Source of the DNA: Candidatus Sericytochromatia bacterium
GTDB lineage: Bacteria; Cyanobacteriota; Sericytochromatia; S15B-MN24; JAQBPE01
DNA length: 12,968 bases
Reading direction: 5' to 3'
Assembly: GCA_035285125.1 (NCBI GenBank)
Contig: JAYKHR010000107.1
Location: 1 to 12,968 of the forward strand
The stretch's first letter is position 1; each line of letters opens with the position of its first letter. The translations under genes and the position numbers were made by a program. The notes below the pieces were generated by a model, which saw only the letters and a list, made by a program, of their open reading frames with translations, did no database searches and was not told where the DNA came from. Shown in pieces: positions 6,391-12,447 of this stretch.

Positions 6391-9317
6391 GAGCCGAGCT
6401 CGAAGAAGGCCACGGGCCCGGGCAGGCCCCCGCCCGGCATCACGAGCCCCTGCCCGAGGCCGAGGCGGAGCTCGGTGGGGGCCTGCTGCACGTGGGTCTG
6501 CGCCCGCAGCTCCAGCCCCACGTCGACGAGGCTGCGGCGCCAGTCGAACGGCCCCTCCCAGGCCTGCCCGGCCTCGGTGAACAGGGCGCCGTGGAGGTTG
6601 CGCACGAAGAACGGGACGGTGCCCCAGCCCCGCTGCACGGGCTGCAGCGGGAAGCGCCACTCCAGCGAGAGGGCCGCCACGGAGGGGCCTCGCTGGGCCG
6701 CGAAGGCATAGCCCCGCAGGGGCACGGCCCGGGTCCCGACGCCGCTGGCCGTGCGCAGGTCGACGTTGGCGAGCAGGGTGGCCGAGTCCGAGCCCCCGAG
6801 GTAAAAATCGCCCGCCGCGTTGCTTCCCACGTTCGTGCCCCCCGACAGCCGCCAGGCCAGCACGTGGTGCTCCCAGGGCAGCGCGGCGTAGCGCCGCCAG
6901 TCCAGCCAGAGGCGGTCGTAGGCGTGCTGGGAGCCGAGCGCGGGGAGGGCCTTCTCGTAGCCCAGCGTGCTCAGGTTGCCGCCCTCTGGGCTGATTGACC
7001 AGGCGTGCTTGTAGTTGTCCGCGAACCGCCAGGTGGCTGCGAGCGAGTTGGTCTGGCCCGTCTGCGGGCGCAGGCGGTCCGGCAGCCCGAGGGCCAGCAC
7101 GTCCATCTCGTCTTGCACGTGCTGGGCCTCGAAGGCGAGCGTGAACGTGTCGCCAGTGGCCCACTGGTTCTGCAAGAAGATGCTCGGCAGCCCCGGGAAC
7201 GTGGCGGAGAGCCCCTGGTAGCGCCCCCGCTGCACCACGGTGCGGGCCTTGCCCTCGTGGATGGGGGCCGACATCAGGGTGGTGTCCGTCGCGTAGGCCG
7301 ACAGGCTGGGGTACCAGACCTCGTTGCTGTAGCTCAGCGAGTAGAACGGGCGGCCGCTCAGCAGGCCCCAGCCGAACGAGCCGAAGGCGAAGTGCTGCAT
7401 CAGGACGTCCTGCCCGAAGGTCTGGAAGCCCCACACCGGGCCCCGCTCGTCGAAGAAGCCGAAGGGCGCCCACAGCTTGGGGCGCAGGCTCGGCCACGGG
7501 TCGTAGGCGACGGGGGGGGCCTCGGGCAGCGAGACGGCCGGTGCCGGCTGCCGCACCCCGGCCTCGGAGGTGGGCGTGGGCACCAGTCGCCACGTCGCGG
7601 GGTCGAGCGGCAGCGTGACGACGTCCCAGCCCTGGGGGCCGTAGCTGCTCGCGGCGATCGTCTTGCCATCCGGGCTGACGGCCGGCTCGATCACGCCGCC
7701 GAGCACGTTGGTGACGCGGAACAGGCGGCGGTGCAGCCAGTCCCAGGCGTACAGGTTGAACACGCCGTCCCGGTCCGAGCTGAAGATCAGGTGCCGGCCA
7801 TTCGGCGTCCAAGTCGGGTCCTGGTCCACGGCGCGGTCGCGCCACGCGGCGCGCATCGCGCCCGTCTCCGGGTTGACGAGGTACAGGTCGCGAGCGCCGT
7901 CGCGCCAGGCAGACACGGCCAGCAGGCGCTGGCGGGGGTGCCACGTCGGCGAGGACAGCTGGGAGCGGTCCGTCAGGCGGGTGAGGTCGGTGAGCCCCGT
8001 GCCGTCGGCCCGCATCCGGACCAGCGAGGTCTGCCCGCCGCCGTTGCGGACGGCCACGAGCGTCCGGCCATCCGGGCTGATGGCCGGCATGTCGAGCCTG
8101 GCGCGCTGCGAGAGGCGCTCCAGCTTCTTGGCTTTCATGTCGTACCGAAAGAGGTCCTCGTAGCCGGTGAAGCGGTTCTCGTCCCAGTTGCGGCTGTGGT
8201 AGGCCCAGCGGCCGTCGCGCGACACGTCCCAGCTGCTGAACGGGCTCTTGCCCATCAGGCGCCGGGGCGTCGCCGCGGCGGCCTTCACGTCCCGGACCGA
8301 GACCTGCGCGAAGGCGTGGCCCGTCCACCCCGCCCAGGCCAGCGCGCCGTCAGGCAGGTAGCGGGGGTGCCGCTGGTGCATCCCGGCGCGCGTGACGAGC
8401 GTGAGCGGCGTCAGCGGGCCGCGCGCCAGGATGGCGGCCCGCTGCGCGCGCGCGTCGGCCGTGAGCTCGGCCGTGAGGTCTCGCCACAGGGCCTGCGCGT
8501 CCTTGCCCGTCAGTGCGCGCAGCTCGTCATCGAGGCCCCACAGCCCCGCGTAGACGTTCGCCGCGTGGGCGTGGGCGAGCCGGGCGGGGGCGTCGGCCCC
8601 GTAGCGGGCCGCCAGGTGGCGGTAGAAGGCCATGCCGTACACGTAGGGGATCTCGCCGCCCGGCGGGTCGATCGTGAAGTAGCCTGATGCCTGGTCGATG
8701 CCGGCCAGCCGGCCGGTCAGGGCCGCCGTGCGGAGGTACATCCGGTAGGCCGTGTCCCGGCCGCGGCCCCCCGTCGAGTGCGCCGTCTCCGTGTGCACCG
8801 CGAGCCCCTCGATGAGGAAGATGGGCTGCAGCATGTTGGGGAACCAGCTGCGCCCGAGCACCTGCTTGACGAGGGCCGGCCAGCCCTCGGTCTTCTCGAG
8901 GTGCAGCACGTGCGTGTACTCGTGCAGCAGGAGGTCGCGCAGCCAGCTGTCGTAGCGCCCCATCAGCTGGTCGGCTGGGGGGCTGCTCAGGTAGATGAAG
9001 ATCTGGTTGTTCGGCAGCGGGAAGCCGAAGCCGTTGGTGGTGTCCTCGGAGTCGAGCAGCGTGAGCTCCGTGCGCTGCGTGGGCTCGGAGCGCAGCCAGG
9101 GCGAGAGCTTCTCGTGGGCCTCCTCGGCGTAGCCCGCCGCGAGCCGGGCGATCGCCTCGTGCTCGGCCGGGAAGTTCACGCGGAAGTGGGGCGTCACGAT
9201 GGTGCGCCACGTGATGGCCGGGTCGAAGATGGTCGCGGCGGACGCGGCCGGCGCCAGCCCGAGGGTCAGGGCGGCGGTGCAGGCCGTTCGAAGCAGGGCG
9301 CGACGGAGGGTGGACAC
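6381..9317 (-). CDS. Secreted HEXXH metallopeptidase / TolB-like (PD40) beta-propeller / Omp85-type beta-barrel protein, paralog B
   Basis: Signal peptide (STLRRALLRTACTAALTLGLAPAASA); HEYTH (8910-8924) with downstream FLIEGLA and PYVYG; propeller repeats (YLPDG, VSRDG, ISPDG, WHP, WTPNG, VSPDG); Omp85 barrel motifs DFYLGG and PLRGY; C-terminal beta-signal FFELGSYF. The ORF track starts at ATG 9353; GTG 9317 gives a more typical signal peptide. Confidence 0.92.
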   Translation of the reverse strand: MSTLRRALLRTACTAALTLGLAPAASAATIFDPAITWRTIVTPHFRVNFPAEHEAIARLAAGYAEEAHEKLSPWLRSEPTQRTELTLLDSEDTTNGFGFPLPNNQIFIYLSSPPADQLMGRYDSWLRDLLLHEYTHVLHLEKTEGWPALVKQVLGRSWFPNMLQPIFLIEGLAVHTETAHSTGGRGRDTAYRMYLRTAALTGRLAGIDQASGYFTIDPPGGEIPYVYGMAFYRHLAARYGADAPARLAHAHAANVYAGLWGLDDELRALTGKDAQALWRDLTAELTADARAQRAAILARGPLTPLTLVTRAGMHQRHPRYLPDGALAWAGWTGHAFAQVSVRDVKAAAATPRRLMGKSPFSSWDVSRDGRWAYHSRNWDENRFTGYEDLFRYDMKAKKLERLSQRARLDMPAISPDGRTLVAVRNGGGQTSLVRMRADGTGLTDLTRLTDRSQLSSPTWHPRQRLLAVSAWRDGARDLYLVNPETGAMRAAWRDRAVDQDPTWTPNGRHLIFSSDRDGVFNLYAWDWLHRRLFRVTNVLGGVIEPAVSPDGKTIAASSYGPQGWDVVTLPLDPATWRLVPTPTSEAGVRQPAPAVSLPEAPPVAYDPWPSLRPKLWAPFGFFDERGPVWGFQTFGQDVLMQHFAFGSFGWGLLSGRPFYSLSYSNEVWYPSLSAYATDTTLMSAPIHEGKARTVVQRGRYQGLSATFPGLPSIFLQNQWATGDTFTLAFEAQHVQDEMDVLALGLPDRLRPQTGQTNSLAATWRFADNYKHAWSISPEGGNLSTLGYEKALPALGSQHAYDRLWLDWRRYAALPWEHHVLAWRLSGGTNVGSNAAGDFYLGGSDSATLLANVDLRTASGVGTRAVPLRGYAFAAQRGPSVAALSLEWRFPLQPVQRGWGTVPFFVRNLHGALFTEAGQAWEGPFDWRRSLVDVGLELRAQTHVQQAPTELRLGLGQGLVMPGGGLPGPVAFFELGSYF

Positions 9318-9324
9318 GCCCACC

Positions 9325-9330
9325 ACTTTA
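9325..9330 (-). promoter_or_regulatory. Possible -10 hexamer (TAAAGT) 7 nt upstream of the GTG 9317 start
   Basis: Minus strand reads GGGG-TAAAGT-GGTGGGC-GTG. TAnnnT consensus positions are intact in an otherwise very GC-rich context; no clear -35. Confidence 0.35.
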
Positions 9331-9424
9331 CCCCACCGGGGGGCCGAGGGCATGGGGCCAGGGGCGTTTCATCCGGCCTCACCCTGTGGGTGCACAAGAA
9401 AGGCGCTCGCCTCTCCGCGCCACG

Positions 9425-9455
9425 AAAAGGCCCCCCGCGCGAGGCGCGGGGGGCC
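9425..9455 (-). terminator. Rho-independent terminator downstream of the Gly-rich barrel gene
   Basis: Perfect 12-bp inverted repeat GGCCCCCCGCGC-gag-GCGCGGGGGGCC (9429-9455), followed on the minus strand by TTTT (9428-9425), 24 nt after the stop at 9480. Confidence 0.85.
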
Positions 9456-9479
9456 AGTGGCTGGTGCGGGTCAGCCAGC

Positions 9480-10172
9480 TCAGCGCCAGCCGATGTGGCC
9501 CGTCACGCCGACCGTGCCGGCCGTGATGCCGAACGGGCTGGTCGTCACGCCACCCACGTTGAAGTCCACGTGCGAGGTCGACGTGGGCGACATGCGGAGG
9601 CCGAGCCCGAAGGCGCCGAGGCCCGCCGTGGAGACGGGGACGGTGACGAGGCCCGTCAGCTTGTCGGCGACGGGAACCTGGGCGCCGACGTTCGCGCCGA
9701 AGGTCAGGCCCGTCGTCGGGGCGCCGAGCGAGGGGATCGCCACGTTGGGCGCCACGGAAACCAGCGCCGAGCCCAGGTCCATCGTCAGGGGCACGGAGAC
9801 GCCGCCGCCACCGAGGGCGAAGGTGCCGCCGAGGCCCGACAGGGCGCCGTTCACCGCGACGGCCGCGTTGAGGCCGCCCATCGCCGCGAGGGGGTACTTG
9901 AACGAGGCGCCCAGGCCGATGCCCTGGCCGAGGCCGTTGAGCGTGGCCGCGCCGTTGACGTTGAGGCCGAACTCGCCACCGGCGAGCGACGTGCCGTAGT
10001 TGATGCCCGCCGCCGTGCCGGCGCCGGCCGAGAAGTAACTGACCCCCTTCGAGAGGACCGCCGCGGTGTTCTGGCCGAGGAACGTGGTGGGCGCGTCCTG
10101 CGTCATCGCATGCGCGGGGGAGGCCATCAGGACAGCGGTGACCGCAGCCAGGGTGGAGAAACGTCCGAACAT
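9480..10172 (-). CDS. Secreted Gly/Ala/Thr-rich hypothetical protein, probable outer-membrane beta-barrel (230 aa)
   Basis: ATG 10172 preceded by the purine-rich RBS AAAGGAAGGAAAG; Sec signal MFGRFSTLAAVTAVLMASPAHA (AxA); alternating beta-strand patterns (GLGASFKYPL, TFGANVGAQVPV, FGLGLRMSP, HVDFNVG); ends VGVTGHIGWR, resembling a beta-signal; strongly GC3-biased codons. Confidence 0.8.
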   Translation of the reverse strand: MFGRFSTLAAVTAVLMASPAHAMTQDAPTTFLGQNTAAVLSKGVSYFSAGAGTAAGINYGTSLAGGEFGLNVNGAATLNGLGQGIGLGASFKYPLAAMGGLNAAVAVNGALSGLGGTFALGGGGVSVPLTMDLGSALVSVAPNVAIPSLGAPTTGLTFGANVGAQVPVADKLTGLVTVPVSTAGLGAFGLGLRMSPTSTSHVDFNVGGVTTSPFGITAGTVGVTGHIGWR

Positions 10173-10227
10173 GTGCTTTCCTTCCTTTCGATCAATGCGT
10201 GCAGCGTGTGAGGGCAAGCGTTCGCCC

Positions 10228-10247
10228 GCTTGAAGCCGTTTTCAAGC
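10228..10247. repeat. Inverted repeat GCTTGAA-N6-TTCAAGC (RNA hairpin or operator)
   Basis: Perfect 7-bp arms at 10228-10234 and 10241-10247. On the minus-strand RNA it extends to 10 bp with one G-U pair (10225-10250). It lies about 55 nt upstream of ATG 10172. Confidence 0.6.
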
Positions 10248-10280
10248 AGGTGGTTCGGGGTGGGGGGGGGAATTCGCCAT
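10242..10280 (-). other. Putative Pro-rich leader peptide / uORF MANSPPHPEPPA*
   Basis: Minus strand AGAGGAGGATTCA-ATG GCG AAT TCC CCC CCC CAC CCC GAA CCA CCT GCT TGA. Near-consensus Shine-Dalgarno at suitable spacing; 5 of 12 codons are Pro; the stop lies in the 5' arm of a hairpin. Confidence 0.4.
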
Positions 10281-10306
10281 TGAATCCTCCTCTGGATTGG
10301 GTGGGC

Positions 10307-10735
10307 TCAGCGCCGCGGCGGCAGGGGAGCCCGGGGTGGGGGCGCCGGCTTTCGGTCGGCAGTTGCTTCGAAGCGAATGGAGATTTCCTCTCCCTTGAAG
10401 CGACCGATCTCCGTGCGCAGGACATACCGACCTGGGGCCGGAATTTCCACGTTCTCAAAGCTCGAGCGGAAGCCGATGCCACCCGTCTTGTCCAGGGTGG
10501 CGGGCTTGTGCGTCAGCGCTGCGAGTTCCTTCTTGGCCCCCTCCGCCACGAGCGAGTGCCGGCACACGTGGGCCCCGGCGGGCAGGTCGTAGGCGCTGGA
10601 GAGGACAGCAAAATTGAACTTGATGGGGAAGGGCGTGGCAACCAGACAGCGATGGATCGGGTGGATGCAGAGCTGTTTGTTGGACTGCACATCCACGTCG
10701 ATGTCTTCAAAGATGATCGTCTGGATGGTGGGCAT
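10307..10735 (-). CDS. Hypothetical protein (142 aa), beta-sandwich-like, reminiscent of DUF6941
   Basis: ATG preceded by GGGGGAG; fills the gap between nagB and the barrel gene in the same orientation; pattern of N-terminal beta strand, xxK, FP, G-x-H and IPAPGRYVL recalls DUF6941-type proteins (from memory, unverified); Pro-rich tail; more AT-rich than its neighbours. Confidence 0.7.
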   Translation of the reverse strand: MPTIQTIIFEDIDVDVQSNKQLCIHPIHRCLVATPFPIKFNFAVLSSAYDLPAGAHVCRHSLVAEGAKKELAALTHKPATLDKTGGIGFRSSFENVEIPAPGRYVLRTEIGRFKGEEISIRFEATADRKPAPPPRAPLPPRR

Positions 10736-10773
10736 TCGCTCCCCCGGGGGGCTACTTCGACGCAGCCCGTCAC

Positions 10774-11469
10774 TTATATACCCTCAATTGCGGAAGCTGC
10801 TGCTGTGTCCAAAAACACATGGGCATCGGGGTGCAACTGCAAGAGCGAGGCAGGGCAAGCCGGATCAACCTGCCCGCAGGTCATGCGTCGCACGGCTTCG
10901 GCCTTTGCGTCGCCGGTCGCGATCAGCCAGACGGTCGGGGCGGCGAGCAGCGTGCCCACGCCCATGGTGATCCCGCGCGGGGCAATCGCCGAGGAGGGCG
11001 GCGCGAGGTCGACGACGTGGGTGCGGCCCCCCAGCGTTGGCGCCGGCTCGTTGAAGGCGATGTGCCCGTTTGCGCCGAGCCCGAGCAGCGTGAGGTCGAG
11101 GCCGCCAGCCGCCTCGATCGCTGCCTCGTAGGCGCGGGCCTCGGCTTCGAGGTCGGCCGCGAGGCCGTTCAGCACGTGCGCCCGGGTGGGGGGGAGCCCG
11201 CAGGGCCCGAACAGGTGGGTTTGGAAGAAGGCCGCAAACGAGCGCGGGTCGTCGGCGCCGAGGCCCACGAACTCGTCGAGGGCGAACACGGTGGCGGCGC
11301 CGAAGAGGCCCGGCTCGTCCGCCAGCCGCGCGTAGGCCTCGATCGGCGTGTTGCCGCTCGGCAAGGCCAGCACGGAGGCTGGTCGCTCGCGCAGCCAGCC
11401 CGCCAGGCGGCTGGCCACGGCCTCGGCCACGGCCGTGGCGTCAGACAGGAGGTGCAGCTGGATGGTCAT
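10774..11469 (-). CDS. nagB: Glucosamine-6-phosphate deaminase
   Basis: Motifs LALPSGNTP, FALDEFVGL, GGLDLTLLGLGANGHIAFNEP, ITMGVGTLL, GDAKAEAV and CPASLLQLHPD. Confidence 0.92.
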   Translation of the reverse strand: MTIQLHLLSDATAVAEAVASRLAGWLRERPASVLALPSGNTPIEAYARLADEPGLFGAATVFALDEFVGLGADDPRSFAAFFQTHLFGPCGLPPTRAHVLNGLAADLEAEARAYEAAIEAAGGLDLTLLGLGANGHIAFNEPAPTLGGRTHVVDLAPPSSAIAPRGITMGVGTLLAAPTVWLIATGDAKAEAVRRMTCGQVDPACPASLLQLHPDAHVFLDTAAASAIEGI

Positions 11470-11484
11470 GGAAAGGGCGCCCTC

Positions 11485-12363
11485 TCACTTCAACGACAGG
11501 CCCACGCGCGCAAAGGCCTCGCGCACGGGGTCGTAGTCGGCCGAGCTCGCCGGGACGAACCGCTCGATCAGGTACATCTGCTTCAGGATGCTGCGCCCCT
11601 CGTCGGTGGCGCTGAGGTCGAGGAAGGCCTGCCGGAGCGCGACCGTGGTGGCCTCAGGGAGGTGCTTGCCCACCGCCACCGCCCCGTTGGGGATCGGCTT
11701 GGAGTAGCCCAGCACGCGGATCTGGCTGGCGCGGTCCGCGAGGATGTGCTTCCAGGGCACGTCGTCGCCCCGATCGTCGTTGGCGAAGGTCGCGGCGGCG
11801 TCGACCTTGCGGTTCGCCACCGCGAGGATGGACGCGTCGTGCCCGCCCGCGTTGATCACGGCGCTGAAGTCCGTGGCCGGGTTCAGGCCGGCGTTGAGCA
11901 GCATCAGCTTCGGGTACACGCCGCCCGTGGTCGAGCCCGGGTCCACGAAGGCAAAGCTTCGGCCCTTGAGGTCCTTGAGGCTGGTGAGGCCGCTGTCGGC
12001 GTGGGTGATGATGGCCGAGTAGTAGTGGGTGCGGCCGCGGTAGGCCGACTTGAGCACCACGCGCACGCCGGCGACCTTCTCGGCGAGCACGAGCGCGGCC
12101 GGCGACAGGAAGGCGACGTCCAGCTTGCCCCCCTTCATGGCCTCGACGACGCCGGGGTAGTCGCCCGCCACGAAGGGGGTGATGGGCCTCCCGAGGCGCT
12201 TCGACAGGTATCTGACGATCGGCGTCGCCTTGCGCAGCACCTCCTTCTGGTTCTCGAAGGGGGCGAAGCCGACCTTCAGGCCAGTCGGCGTGGCCGCGGC
12301 CCCGCCGCTGGGCAGGGCGAGCAGCGCTGCGACCAGCAGGACTCCTGGAACCCGACGTGCCAT
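11485..12363 (-). CDS. phnD: Phosphate/phosphite/phosphonate ABC-transporter substrate-binding protein (PhnD/PtxB family)
   Basis: Signal peptide; DYPGVVEAMKGGKLDVAFLSP, YYSAIIT, LKDLKGRSFAFVDPGSTTGGVYP, GGHDASILAV..KVDAAA, IPN and YDPVRE. Start placed at ATG 12363 (upstream GAGAGTGGAGAG) because the ORF-track ATG 12420 overlaps the -10 box. Confidence 0.9.
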   Translation of the reverse strand: MARRVPGVLLVAALLALPSGGAAATPTGLKVGFAPFENQKEVLRKATPIVRYLSKRLGRPITPFVAGDYPGVVEAMKGGKLDVAFLSPAALVLAEKVAGVRVVLKSAYRGRTHYYSAIITHADSGLTSLKDLKGRSFAFVDPGSTTGGVYPKLMLLNAGLNPATDFSAVINAGGHDASILAVANRKVDAAATFANDDRGDDVPWKHILADRASQIRVLGYSKPIPNGAVAVGKHLPEATTVALRQAFLDLSATDEGRSILKQMYLIERFVPASSADYDPVREAFARVGLSLK

Positions 12364-12385
12364 CTCTCCACTCTCGTCTTCACCT

Positions 12386-12403
12386 GCGGCGCCCGGGCGC
12401 CGC
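12386..12403. repeat. 18-bp perfect palindrome in the predicted phnD 5' UTR
   Basis: GCGGCGCCCGGGCGCCGC is its own reverse complement and lies between the -10 box and ATG 12363. Confidence 0.6.
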
Positions 12404-12418
12404 TTGGCGGTGGCCGAC

Positions 12419-12427
12419 ATTATAGCA
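12419..12427 (-). promoter_or_regulatory. Extended -10 sigma70-type promoter (TGCTATAAT) for the phnD-nagB unit
   Basis: Exact TGnTATAAT on the minus strand in the 84-bp intergenic gap, 20 nt after the upstream stop; such an AT-rich match is rare in this GC-rich DNA; no consensus -35. Confidence 0.8.
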
Positions 12428-12447
12428 ACGTGCGGGCGCGGCTGGCG

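Noticed and set aside
4543..8328. 1261-aa minus-strand ORF
   Set aside because: Off-frame overlap of paralog B and antisense to the kinase; R/P/G/A-rich with no motifs; explained by stop-codon scarcity at high GC.
10214..10228. Sigma54-like GG-N10-GC spacing (minus strand CGGGCGAACGCTTGC)
   Set aside because: The spacing fits but the TGGCAC -24 consensus is poor; such matches are common in GC-rich DNA.
10215..10244. TGA plus hairpin as a selenocysteine recoding site
   Set aside because: No redox or Cys-type context, and read-through would bury a good signal peptide that has its own RBS.
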